A stretch of 64,000 bases of DNA, from positions 22,196,001 through 22,260,000 of the forward strand of contig NW_027266330.1 of the NCBI RefSeq assembly GCF_022045235.1. Direction: 5' to 3'. The position numbers were made by a program, and so were the translations under genes. The stretch is from Haliotis cracherodii (taxonomy: Eukaryota). Below the pieces are notes generated by a model. The model was not told the DNA's origin and did no database searches. It was given only the letters and a program-made list of their open reading frames with translations. The stretch's first letter is position 1. Each line of letters starts with the position of its first letter. Below are positions 1 to 12,236 of this stretch, piece by piece.

Positions 1-184
1 ATAACTATTTCATCACTACCAACTATACGGTCATAATCATGATAATATCAACCAATATGTAATGAACTGCATTAACTGAATACAATAACGGAATAATTTC
101 GCATCTGTTACCACTTCCATTGTATATTCATTGTACTGAATAATCAACATGAACCTTATCTTCTGAACAGCTATTTCATAATGT

Positions 185-547
185 TTGATTTTAATATTCA
201 AACTCATTTCAGTTAAAGCATATCAGACATTCCTGAACACTCATGGCAGAACGACCACCCGTCTGGACTTCCACATGTCCCTTCTCCACTCACTCGTCAA
301 TAACACTCAGGTGAAGAAGAGGACTGGCAGGCCCAGGACCCAGCCTCCTTCCCGACGACTGACCGGACGTCACTTCATGGAAGTGCTGCCTGAAGGGAAG
401 CGGAAACAGTGTGTTCTCTGCAGAAAGAGACAGAGGACCATCGATGGCTCCGCAGGAAAGGTCAGGACCTGGTGTCCTGACTGCCACGTTGGCCTCTGTG
501 CACGCTGTTTCCGTCAGTATCACACAGCTGATCACATTGAAGAGTGA
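185..547 (+). pseudogene. piggyBac (PGBD-type) transposase C-terminal fragment with Cys-rich domain
   Basis: RLDFHMSLLHSL, RLTGRHF and the terminal CVLC...TWCPDCHVGLCARCFRQYH match the piggyBac C-terminal cysteine-rich domain. The coding part probably starts at the acceptor ttcag near 212; the rest lies left of the window. Confidence 0.85.
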
Positions 548-628
548 AAGGCTGTGTGTACTGGCATATGATGGAACATACACTCATGTTCCATCATATC
601 AATCCTTTAAGCAGTTTCCCCATCTGTG

Positions 629-842
629 ACGCCAGAAACCTATGATTGTGGGTTCGAATCCCGGTTCGCCCCGATCATGTTTCTAGGTTTGTCAGCACCA
701 TACCCGTGCTCGTGGGTTTCACCGAAGTGGTAAACGTCTGAGACCTGCATCACTTCGGGCTTTCCTCCAATATTAAGCTGACACGCCGCGATATAACTGG
801 AATAATGTTAAAAGCGGCGTTAAACCCAACTCACTCACTCAC
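629..842 (+). mobile_element. SINE family 1, 5'-truncated copy
   Basis: B-box GGTTCGAATCC, (ACTC)n tail, TSD TCCCCATCTGTG at 617-628 and 843-854. Confidence 0.9.
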
Positions 843-859
843 TCCCCATCTGTGTGCTT

Positions 860-1625
860 CATTGTAAATAACTAGTGAGCGAGTAGGACTGACGCCGCAC
901 TTGCAATATTCAAGCGACATCACAGCGAGATATTGTATATATGTACTCATTGTAAATTTTTCTTATGTGTGTATATATATTAAAGGATGATATTGTGAGA
1001 GAGTATGACGTACATATGTTCATATAATGTTCTCTTTTTATTGTACATGTAATTATTGTGTGTATGTAAGGATCTGTTCGTGAGTAGGACTTCCCACTGC
1101 ATCTGCAATATTCTAGCAACAGCGAATCTTTGTAAATAGATAATAAATATATTGTATATATGTACTTATTGTAAATTTTATAATGTTAATTTTATAATGT
1201 GTGTATATATATTAAAGGATGGTATTGTGAGAGAGTATGACGTAACACCGTATTTGCAATATAACTGCAACATCATGGCGATTCATTGTAAATAGATCAT
1301 TGTCTATTGTATATAATTATGTACTTATTGTAAATGAAATGCTATATATATATATACTTACTGTAAATAGAAAATGGATTTGTGTATATATTAAACGACA
1401 TGTTGGTGCGTGAGTATTATTCAACGCCACATTTGCAATATTCCAGTTAATTCGTGGCGATTCATTGTATATCGATTATTGATCTTTTGTTCACAATTAT
1501 GTACTTCATGTAAATACAGTGAGTATGATTAATGCCGCGTTCAGCAGTATTCCAGCAAAGATGCGGCACTTTTTAAAATTGTTATTGTACATAGTTTATA
1601 TATTATTCACCTGTAAATACAATCA
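860..1625. repeat. Degenerate tandem repeat array
   Basis: Recurring units GAGTA(G/T)GA..ACGCC/ACACC..TTGCAATATT...CATTGTAAATA, about five copies at irregular spacing. Confidence 0.6.
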
Positions 1626-4044
1626 ATAAATATGTATATATGGAGAGATTTGTACATGTGTCTTATATATCTTATTTAAACAGTTACAAGATTTGTGACT
1701 GATGATACTTTTCAAAAGATAAAATAAAGGACATTAAGGACAGTAAGTATAACAGTAAGGACCTTGGAATAAGAAATTATTTTTTCTAAGTTCTTCCCAT
1801 TACAGCCATAAGAAAGTGGCTTATGAAAGTGTGGGTGTACCTCTTGAATATTAACAAAATGTTCAAAAATGTTCACAGATTATTCATGTATGCATTTGTA
1901 AGCATAATTTTTAATTATTAATTGATACATAGAAATCGATTCCTCAATGTTATCATAACCAATGATGTACATATATCTGCACATCTATAGAAGCTAAATG
2001 TTTTTTCTTCTAGTCCTTATAATGATAAACCCTTAAAAATTGCAAATTTCTACTTGTCCGTATTGTACCTCAACTATTGGTCAGTTTGGCAAGGACTACT
2101 GGACAAGTGCCAATTTCAACCGCTGCAACACATGCACGTCTTTGCCGTAACGTATTCTGATCAAGTTCGCTCAACTGACATAATGTAATCCATAAATTTT
2201 AGCGGTAAATGCCACGAGCAAGCGCGGACGTGAGAGAAGACAGCAAGCCGTGAACGAATAGTTACGGCTTGCGCTAATCTGAAATGTCCGTTTTCTTTTT
2301 TTTTTCAAATTCTTCATAGATCACCTTTTTCCAAATTTGTCAAACATTACCAGTTATACATAGTTTGATTTGTATTAAATGTCCGTTGAAATATACTTCG
2401 GATAATGGCATTCATAACAGCTAGTCTACACCTCGTCATGGAAATCATTCGTCAAAAAGTTTCCGACAGAAAGATTAATTATGGAGATCAATTTTGAATA
2501 TACTTTGAACATTTCATGTCAAAAATAACATACACATCCAACTGACTGTAATAAATGTAACAGTTCCTTTTGGGTTTGTGATCAGTGGTTCCATGTCTTT
2601 AATACTGCTTGATGGTCACTCAGTGGCTGGTGATGTAAGCAGGGACGGAATTGGAAATCGGGAAAATATGACTAGATCGCAACGTTAGAATCTTTGATGA
2701 ATCAATGCGTTTATCATCTACAAATTACGACAGATTTCAGACCATCACTAGACACTAAGCTATGCATACAAAATGATGTTCAAATATACTTACTATCTCG
2801 GTTGCTGTCAAAGATGTTATCCAAAGATGTTATATAAAAATCCAAAATCGCACCGCTGAACACGGTCGACGACATTTTGAAATATTCAAAACTAAAGCTG
2901 TCGACAACACAAAAGGCATTTTCGTATTGTTTCTGCTTCATGTGATTTTTTTTGTTCTGTGTTTGTATGATCGTTATTAGATAAAAATGAAAATAAAACA
3001 ACGTTATTTAGGATTCATAAAGATACGAGACTAACTCATTCATTCGTCTGTATGCAAATTTCGTCGACGTGCAAATGGACATGTCCGCCATCGCCCGGTA
3101 GGAGTATTTTCCGTGAACTGATTTACATGAGCCGTGAGGAATACCTTTCGGTGCCAGATAAGTAAAATTATGCCATGCATAAGGGCATGATCTTTGCAGA
3201 TTACCTAGTATAATTTTCTTACTAAAAAAATGAATAATGGCCGAAAAGAATAATGATTTATTGCAATGAAGAAAACACAACACTGCGTATAACTTTTATT
3301 TTGAAATGCGGTTTCGTTCTCTTCTTTTTAAAAGTACGTAATTTTATATTTCATAGTTAAAGTTACACATTACAATTTATATGAGCATGTAGGTAATAAA
3401 CCACAGATTTTAGGGATAAGATTTAATTCCTTACTTATAAATAGTTTTTTTCATTATAATATGCATTATCCGACATGATATGCAAACGATAACGTTATAA
3501 TTTCACTAATTTACGGACAAAATAGCGTCACACATATTTGAACAAATTCGTAATCGACGATTTCGCGGACGATTTTCCACAGAGATGTTTCATTTTCAAC
3601 ACGCTAATCGGGAAACAAACAGGCTTTCGCATAATATTAATATGTTTGGTTTTTACATTCGTGGAGATTTACAACGTGACAAGACGCACAAAGTATCCAG
3701 TGCGCAATGTCAACAAAACAGCCGCCATGGACATTTTGTAAAAAATCGTATATTCAATACGTTTGCCGAGCTAATAACTACTGGTAATCACGTTAATGCT
3801 TTACAATATTTACATAGACAGTTAGGGAAATGGTTGTACTGTTATAGTGTGAAATGTGAAAATTGTGGGTTTTACCGTTGTTACGTTACGTCGTGTTTAG
3901 ACGAAGGTGTGCAGTTTCCAGAACGTCACTCGCAAATAAACTCGGCACAGCGCTAGTACACAGGCTATTATAAGTTGGCAGCCAGAGGGTTAAGGGAGGA
4001 AACTCCGGTCGCACATGTTTACCGCTTTTATGAAACTCACTACG

Positions 4045-4700
4045 TGCTACATTAGGAACGAACCCATGACATTGTTGCCAGATCTGCAACATAATTCTGA
4101 AAGCAAAAAGGGAAACACCAACATACCAAGCAGAAAATCGGTATATTTTGAGACGCCCCTCCTGTTTTCGTTCTCATCATTACGCTGAAAATATAATATA
4201 ACATACATATATCTATATAGGCACAAGGTAGGTATCTCCGTGTGCAGCAATTGTGAATCCGATGCTCGGATTGGCAATGTCAAAGCAAGGTAATTTGACC
4301 AAGAACTTCAACCCAAGCTTCAGGTGTATCGATGATCTGATATCGTTCAATAACAATCAAATAGCCAATTCCCTTACACTGATTTACCTACCTGAACTAG
4401 AAATATAAAAGTGAGAAAATACTCTCTACAAGAATGTATGTCAAGAGGGATGACTTCAACTTTCCATGAGTCAACTTTCCCTTTATCTCGAGCAAAATGT
4501 CTCGACGGTGTCTATTTCACAGCTTTCGAGGTACATCCGACCATGCTTACTCCATGAAGATTGCAAACAGCGCCACGTGATTGTTCCTCAAAAATTGGTT
4601 TGGTCAAAGACCTCTGTCAGTACGATTTTTGTAGGACATGTGGAGGACATTTTCAAATTTGAGCATTAATGAAGCTTCAATTCGACGGAATTAGCCAACT
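4045..4700 (+). pseudogene. Decayed reverse transcriptase fragment (Penelope-like)
   Basis: Fragmentary motifs GTN, FNPSFRCIDDLISFNNN (YIDD box), YLPELEI, YVKRDDFNFP*VNFP and ISQLSRY, with stops and frameshifts. Confidence 0.7.
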
Positions 4701-4829
4701 GACACTGCTTTCAGCTGTTATTTCTTATGAATATGGAGAGAGCCTTGTCTCTTTTATTTGAATTTTATCAACATTGTGATAACATTCTGTGCAAGTGTTT
4801 TGCAAACTGTATTGAATTCTAAGTTTAAA

Positions 4830-5120
4830 CCGACACCAACACACAGCCTGGTTGCTGTCATCTTCGTGTGTACAGAGGAGCTCTGTGGGGCGATGTTTGA
4901 CTGTCAGGTGGAATATTTCCTTCTGTCTGACTGCATCCTTCTGGAGACTTGTGTCTGTGAGGTTGACCTCCCTCTAACATGTAGAGCATGATATCACCCC
5001 GCCAGCTACAGATGTCACACACGTCTCACACACAGCGTGTAGACAGGGCAGTAAGTAGGGGACTGGGCCTTTCAGGGTAAACTGCTGCTGACAGACAGAA
5101 CACTTCGGGAAACTGTCCAT
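4830..5120 (-). pseudogene. TRIM-like RING finger plus start of B-box, disrupted
   Basis: Acceptor tcttcag then ATG at 5120: MDSFPKCSVCQQQFTLKGPVPYLLPCLHAVCETCV...ISCSTC (C3HC4 RING). In-frame TAG at 4976-4974; the frame continues REVNLTD...LLCTHEDDSNQAVCWC (B-box start), then similarity ends. Confidence 0.8.
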
Positions 5121-5437
5121 TCTGAAGACAGAAAACTTGAATGAGTTGCCACTCGGATCCATATTGCACTTGCGCCAACATGAAATGGGCGCCCAAAGCA
5201 TAGAAAGCAAGCCTTTGAAGGTTAAGCTCTACACTGCACATCACTTACAGTGAACAAAGCATTCGGATGTAGAAAAGCGCCATGTGTTAGACCGTTATAA
5301 CCCAAACTGGAAATATACTCTCCCAGTCGATTTCAATCCTGTTTTCTACACATCGTTTGCCATAACAATATAATAATAACTACAGCACTGTAATATTTAA
5401 TCTATAGTTGTACATGTCGTTATTGCAAGTACTTTTC

Positions 5438-5645
5438 GACCCCTGAAGATCCGGTGTGGAAAAAGTCTTCAGCAACCCATGATTGCCGTAAAAAACGACT
5501 ATACTTGTCGTAAGAGGCGACTAACGGGATCGGGTGGTCAGGCTCGCTGACTTGGTTGATGCATGTAATCGTATTCCAGTTGCGTGGATCGATGCTCATG
5601 ATGTCAATCACTGGAGTGCGGCGTTAAACCACAAACAAAATAATC
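5438..5645 (+). mobile_element. SINE family 2 copy
   Basis: GACCCCTGAAGATCCGG...GTCGTAAGAGGCGACTAACGGGATCGGGTGGTCAGG core shared with about 10 other copies in the window. Confidence 0.85.
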
Positions 5646-6429
5646 AAATACTTTTCTATAAAATTTAGACATTGCGGTGATGCGGTCGTAAAATCAGAAT
5701 CGATTATTTCCAGTTTATGGTATAATGTACCATACCTCAAATATCAAATTTTGTGTGTCAAATTCCTGATATTATACCAGACAAATCAACACGTACACTT
5801 TAAATAATTAAGTTTTTATTATCTCTAAGTCCACATCAAAGATGTCAAAAACAGTGTCCTCAACACAATGTACGGTTGCGTTAGCCTCGGTGGTTAAATA
5901 GAAAACATTTTTTATGTACCCCGGTTAAACACCTGTTTCTATCAACCAACTCATACCTGCGCACAGGTATACCGGCTCAAAGCTGATCAGTCCCTATTTT
6001 AATTTCGAGGGTAGGGTACCAACGATCTGTCTACAACAACGCAGAGGCGGTACGCAAACAATGAGAGATCCCTCGCCATACATATAGCGTGGGGCATTTT
6101 TTTCACACGATCACGATATGAAAGAGCGTTCTCAAACGTCATGGGGGGAGAATCAATAGTTATCCCCAACATTGATAGATCCCTCGCCATACATAAAATA
6201 TACATTCACCTATAGCATATATAGCTATAGCTAAAGCGGCAGTATTTTCAAACGTGCCTACACGATGACAATCAAAGAAGCGATCTGAAATGTCATGGAA
6301 GAGAATTAATAGATGATTCCCACCTACATGTTGTCAATAATTGCCCAGTGTCAGCTGGTGCATATAAGCACACGACACGCTTCTATGCAGCGCAACATGA
6401 CAGATCGTTATCTATGTACAAGATAACAC

Positions 6430-7193
6430 TGTAACCAGGAGTTGCACACCCGGTTATAATTATCTATAAATACGTAAATTAAATGCAAGTATATTGATGT
6501 ACATGAATTATATATTACTAAGAAATTGTTAACTTCACTATGAGATGAAATGACTCACGTTGTATACCTATATGTACGAGGAGCGCAGGTGGCGGCCAAT
6601 TATATTTAATTAAATGGTTTTCCATAAAGAATGACAGGGTACACAGTACAGGGATCTCAGAGTCATGTAAAGAGTTAAGGTTGTTACGAGTCAGCCAAGA
6701 TGATTAAGAGGTATTAGTGGGTAGCATTAAACTATACGAATTGTACAAGGGAGGGAACCAGTTTTACTCTTGTAATTGGAAGCTAGATCATATATTAAAG
6801 ACTTAATAGATATGGTAAACCTGAATTCGAAGGTACGAGGTCAGAACCTCGGATAAGTCACAAAGAAGCTGGGTACTACTCAATCTTCATAACAGACTCA
6901 CGTGTTGGTCAAACCTCGTGACGTCATAGTAATTTATCATTAGAAAAGTGTAAGGATAAAATGGGGTGGAAAATCATGATTCAGGAGAACGGTTTGCGGG
7001 ACGCAAGTAGCTAGGTCAGAGGTCACTGCGCTCCTAAGTAATTCAGATTGCTGCCAGTACGTTTGTGCGGTATCTGTTTTACATTCTCCAAACCTGTCTT
7101 AAATAAAACCTATCGCATCTTGAAAACAAGTCGTTTTGTTCCTGCTGTGGTGCCTCCTGATTGCGAAGATCAAGAAAAAGGATCCAGGTTACA
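6430..7193 (+). repeat. 5' LTR
   Basis: TG...CA termini with 6-bp inverted ends; AATAAA near 7102; near-identical to 11236-11999 (two substitutions seen by eye). Confidence 0.95.
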
Positions 7194-7222
7194 AGCTAGA
7201 CAGATCACGAGCCGAAATTTTA

Positions 7223-7240
7223 TGGTGCCGAGACCAGGAT
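7223..7240 (+). promoter_or_regulatory. Primer binding site, tRNA-Phe-like
   Basis: TGGTGCCGAGACCAGGAT resembles the complement of the tRNA-Phe 3' end (TGGTGCCGAAACCCGGGAT). Confidence 0.7.
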
Positions 7241-7304
7241 CTTTGAAAACAAATCTCCAGCCAGGAGCACCCCAGGAACTAAGAATATAATTAGGAAATC
7301 TCTC

Positions 7305-7313
7305 GAGGTAAGT
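7305..7313 (+). promoter_or_regulatory. Putative major splice donor for env mRNA
   Basis: Consensus GAG|GTAAGT in the leader; matching acceptor TTACAG at 8747-8752 directly before ATG 8753. Confidence 0.6.
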
Positions 7314-7611
7314 TTTGCCCTAAATGACTCAATTTGGTCTGCTAGTATATAGTGTGTAGATTTTAGTTACAAAGAAATTAACTAACAAAGAGCGAAGTTA
7401 AGGTAATATATAGATATCAGTAAAATTGAAAAAGAAGGTAATTGATGGAAGTAGAATGAACCCCGGATCCAAGGACCCCAGATCTAAATTAATTAGCGTT
7501 GGAAGGTTTGCGGCTATTGTAGGTAGAATATGCCCGTTTAGCGCGGCGCTAATACAGCCTATTCAGAAGTTAAGCAGAATATGGGAGAAAGAACGAAATA
7601 CAGTTTGCTAA

Positions 7612-8466
7612 AAGTTTGCTAAAAGGGCTAAGAAATGCGAGTTTAAAGTAGGTGATGCAGTATACTACTATGACCCAACCACCTTGTTGGGAGTGTCAGC
7701 AAAACTAACCTCAAAATGGAAACCATACTACAGGATAGTCGAACAGATTTCACCAGTGAATTTTAGGATAAGACACCAGATGACAGGGAAGACAAAATTA
7801 GTACACGCAGAAAATATAAGGGAGGCACATCCCGAAAATACTTGGGATGAGGAAAGGGAACAGTACCAACCGATACTGAATAAGGTTAAGGTAGGGAAGG
7901 CTAGGAAGGAATTACCGGTAAAACTACGAACACAACCCATTAGGAGCGCAAGGTTAAATGTACCTAACACCGGAGGTAGCGGGGACCATGGGAAGGGGGG
8001 AACAGAGCCGCAAGGTTACAGCTCGGGGGAAGAGAGTATGGATACTGACCCCGAGGCAGATTACGACCAACCGGCAGGTGCAAACGATGCACTTGTACGA
8101 GGTCAAGGACCTCTTGACCCGAACGAGGCTGACGCTGAGGAAACAAGGGCCATAAATAATGACGGACTTAGTCTAGACAGTGACAGTTCGTACGACACAG
8201 AAGACGAGTTACCGCTTGTGCATTGGTCAGCCGTTTCCCCTACTGAGAAGACTATAATCGTGGATAGTCCAATGTCATGTAGGGAAGGTCTGAAAAGGAG
8301 GGTGGTCTTATCCCCTCAGGTAAGCGAACAGGAAAAAAGGGCCAGAATGGAGCAGAATTATTCAGACAGTGAAACCGAAATAGAGTTCGACGATTCGGAG
8401 GACGTTTCAGAAACGGAGGACTCTGGACTAACCAGTAAAGTGATGAGACTGATAGGCCTATGGTAA
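7612..8466 (+). pseudogene. pol remnant: integrase C-terminal (GPY/F-SH3-like) module plus long acidic tail
   Basis: KFAKRAKKCEFKVGDAVYYYDP...KLTSKWKPYYRIVEQISPVNFRI...VHAENI is typical of gypsy integrase C-termini; upstream pol is missing. Confidence 0.85.
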
Positions 8467-8752
8467 AGGTCCCAGATGGCAAACTCACGGCTAAATTCAG
8501 TAAGTTGAATGGTCGGAGTAGGTACCTGATTTACTTGAACGCAAGTAATCACGGTTCAGGGCGAAGTCAGGAACGTACTGTCACGCCAAGACAAGTAAAA
8601 CTACTGGTTATGTCTCTGCATACAAGTATAGTATGGCGGGATTAAGGGGGAACTATATATGTATCAGTCTATATAAAATGAATGACAGATGTGCTTGCAT
8701 ATATATATGACGTAATGAATGAATACAAACTTGTTTAAATTGTATGTTACAG

Positions 8753-10912
8753 ATGGTTCTAGGGTATCTCTCAGTGTTAAGCTTTATAAGGATAATTGTA
8801 TTAATGCAGTCAGTTCAACCAGGGAAAGCCTTAGCGGGAGTAAAATTTGTACATTTGAACGATGTGTACGCTTCTTATAGTACCTGGCTAATATCCTTCA
8901 CAGTGGATCTTCGACCCTATGACCGACAACTGAATAAGATTAACGACAATATTCATAGTTTTCGGAATACGGTAAATGCATTAAAAATACCGACGAGCAA
9001 ATACGAGGACGTGACTCAATACATACATAACAGCATTCGGGCCTTACTACAAAAAGAGAGCCAACAGATATTGGACAAATATAACAAGTTTAGAGTTTTG
9101 TATGGAAAACTACAAACTGTTACACGGACGCAAGGCGAACGAAAAAGACAGAAGAGAGCGCTACTGAATGTAGGCGGATTCCTGTCCCAACTATTCGGTA
9201 CAGCAAGTCAGGACGAGATGGATAGAGTTAGGCAGAACATAAATTCCTTAAGAAATAGCCAGGAAAAGGTTATTCATGTATTAGAACGCAGCCTGACTAT
9301 ATTAAACGTTACGAATACAGACATTCAGGTAAACCGAGCAAGTATAAATAGGCTGGGAAATCTTACGGTTACTATGGCTACCAAAACTTATGATTTATAC
9401 GACAAAATTAGTCTGGGAATGAAGCCAGTAATATCCTATACGGAAACCGTAGGTCAAATTCACGCCATGTTTCATTTGTTAAACAATGCAATTGACTCTC
9501 TGGGCGCGACTTTACAAGATATGTTTAATCAAGTGATAAGATGTATACAAGGACAGATATCTAGGACATTGATCCCTGAACATGCCCTACGTAAGGCTTT
9601 GTATACCCTGAAACGGAGGTGACCACCTACGCTAAGACTACCTTACGTGGTGAGCAAGGCTACCTTAAAATTGTATTATCAAAACTTCCAGACTACGCTT
9701 TTACCTGATCGAAATTCTTTCCATGTAATAGTGGCGATACCACTGCTACAAATTTCAGCGTACTTTGAATTATACAAAATAGTAATGGTACCTACTCCAA
9801 ATCTAGTCGGAAATACAACTTACACCTTCCAAACCGAGACTGACTTTTTGGCGATATCACCTGATAAAGGAAAATACACGCTATTAGACAAAGCTGAAGT
9901 TTCATCCTGTGCAAAACGGGATATAGCGTATTGTCCCCTGATTGCGGCTACTTATGTTACCACGATGGTTCCAGTGTGTATAACCTCGCTGTTTTTACAA
10001 AAATCAGATAAAACAAAGGAAAATTGTGAAATCAAAATTAAACCTCCGTCAGACACTCCTATTATTAAATCTTTAGCGAAAGGCAAATGGTTGGTATATA
10101 CTAAGGAAAGATTAGATATTGAATTAGCTTGTCTTCCTCCAAACTCCGATCTACCCACTACTATTTCAGTAGAGGCAGGGGCAAGTGTGATATCTATACC
10201 CATCCGATGCGCTGCACACTCGACTCATTTTAGCTTACCAGTTTATTTGAGGTCTGAGTCGCAATATAAAATTAGACCTAGTTTCCATAAGGAACTAAGT
10301 CTGGAAATGTATACAACGCTGTCGTCAAAATCCACTGCTAAATTAGTAACGACCACTAAGGGACCTACACAGTTTAAGATTCCACCGATAGAACCAGTTG
10401 ATAACAGTGATGAATTACTGGATGAACTGGATAGTGCAGACGAAGATATCGATTTTAATAATGGTGTTCAGTCTAATCCATCAAGTACCTTAACCATTTC
10501 GTATGCCGTTACCGGCGTATGTGTAGTGCTTCTAGTTATACTTATACTAATTATTATATATTCAAGGAGTAAGTGTAGAAGTAGGGAAATTGCTAGCAGA
10601 CAAAGTGATCATGAACGGGTAGAACTGAGAGAGAGAAACCCTAGAACCCACCGAACAGCTCAGGCAGAATTGATTCCTATGACCGAAACAACCACCACCA
10701 CACGATCCCAAGAAGTTTCGCCTAGACCAGCTCCTCGACTAGCAGGTCAGAAGAGAAAACATTCACCGTTTTATCGGGAGAAGATAAGCGAAGAACGAAC
10801 ATCCCGCGATGGAAACTCTGATGAGGAGACCATGCATCTTACATCGGCACCCCTTGATGCACGCAGACAAAACCCAAATAAAGGAACAGGTTCATTCCGA
10901 TTGGTGCAGTAA
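8753..10912 (+). CDS. env: Env-like class I fusion glycoprotein (baculovirus F/errantivirus env-like) with one in-frame TGA at 9620-9622
   Basis: Signal-like N-terminus; furin site RKRQKR then fusion-peptide-like ALLNVGGFLSQLFGTA; heptad region; Cys-rich ectodomain; TM YAVTGVCVVLLVILILIIIY. ORFs 8744-9622 and 9647-10912 share a frame (LKRR*PPTLRLP). Confidence 0.85.
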
Positions 10913-11221
10913 CAACTACCAACTAAATGGCGGGAATTTCAGGGAATGGCGTGTTGCAAGTGGAGAAAGGCCTGTAACTAGAGGCTACGGTGTGGTTAAT
11001 AATTGTGCAGCCAAAAGTGAATGTGTGGCTGGATTATTCGAGGATGAAGATAAAAGAAGGGATAGTGTATTCTAGTGTGAATAGGCCGAGAAATCCCTAA
11101 GAGACTATTCATCAATGCAGACCAAGAACTGTAAACTATTAAGTACCAAAAGAGACAAGTTGTGCTAATGGACTATGAGTATATGCAAGAAAATGTAATT
11201 GTAAATACATTTTCTTACCCT

Positions 11222-11235
11222 AAGAAAGGGAGGAT
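11222..11235 (+). promoter_or_regulatory. Polypurine tract
   Basis: AAGAAAGGGAGGAT abutting the 3' LTR. Confidence 0.9.
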
Positions 11236-11999
11236 TGTAACCAGGAGTTGCACACCCGGTTATAATTATCTATAAATACGTAAATTAAATGCAAGTATAT
11301 TGATGTACATGAATTATATATTACTAAGAAATTGTTAACTTCACTATGAGATGAAATGACTCACGTTGTATACCTATATGTACGAGGAGCGCAGGTGGCG
11401 GCCAATTATATTTAATTAAATGGTTTTCCATAAAGAATGACAGGGTACACAGTACAGGGATCTCAGAGTCATGTAAAGAGTTAAGGTTGTTACGAGTCAG
11501 CCAAGATGATTAAGAGGTATTAGTGGGTAGCATTAAACTATACGAATTGTACAAGGGAGGGAACCAGTTCTACTCTTGTAATTGGAAGCTAGATCATATA
11601 TTAAAGACTTAATAGATATGGTAAACCTGAATTCGAAGGTACGAGGTCAGAACCTCGGATAAGTCACAAAGAAGCTGGGTACTACTCAATCTTCATAACA
11701 GACTCACGTGTTGGTCAAACCTCGTGACGTCATAGTAATTTATCATTAGAAAAGTGTAAGGATAAAATGGGGTGGAAAATCATGATTCAGGAGAACGGTT
11801 TGCGGGACGCAAGTAGCTAGGTCAGAGGTCACTGCGCTCCTAAGTAATTCAGATTGCTGCCAGTACGTTTGTGCGGTATCTGTTTTACATTCTCCAAACC
11901 TGTCTTAAATAAAACCTATCGCATCTTGAAAACAAGTCGTTGTGTTCCTGCTGTGGTGCCTCCTGATTGCGAAGATCAAGAAAAAGGATCCAGGTTACA
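11236..11999 (+). repeat. 3' LTR
   Basis: Direct repeat of 6430-7193. Confidence 0.95.
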
Positions 12000-12076
12000 A
12001 CACTGTGGAAGTGGGTCACGGTGGAGTTGCAAGTTCGATCGGTGGACTGGTAAGTCCGTTCTCGTTGTAAAACAAG

Positions 12077-12236
12077 TGAGTGAGTGAGTGAGTGAGTATG
12101 GTTTTACGGCGCTTTAAGCAATATTCCAGCAAAATTACGGCGAGGGACACCAAAAATGATCTTTACACACTGTGCCCATGTCGGGTCTGTGGCGACACGA
12201 GCTAACGCCTTAACCACAAGGCAACCCGACCGACCC
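12077..12236 (-). mobile_element. SINE family 3 (short tRNA-derived)
   Basis: tRNA-like head GGGTCGGTCGGGTTGCCTTGTGGTTAAGGCG on -, (ACTC)n tail; related copies at 31214 and 53607. Confidence 0.75.

Larger units (their letters stand above)
1..3989 (+). mobile_element. Right portion of a piggyBac element
   Basis: Transposase 3' end at 185-547; TTGGCAGCCAGAGGG followed by TTAA at 3990-3993 is a piggyBac-type terminus plus target site. Linking the two is inference. Confidence 0.55.
6430..11999 (+). mobile_element. Internally deleted Ty3/gypsy-type LTR retroelement carrying an env-like gene
   Basis: Two 764-bp direct repeats TGTAAC...GTTACA; 4-bp TSD ACAC (6426-6429, 12000-12003); PBS; PPT; integrase tail; env-like ORF. 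No gag/PR/RT/RNaseH. Confidence 0.95.

Noticed and set aside
2780-3956. Short ORFs in the piggyBac 3' region
   Set aside because: No recognisable motifs; non-ATG starts.
7048-7290. Duplicated ORF MLPVRLCG (also at 11854)
   Set aside because: Lies in the LTRs; non-ATG start; duplication explained by LTR identity.
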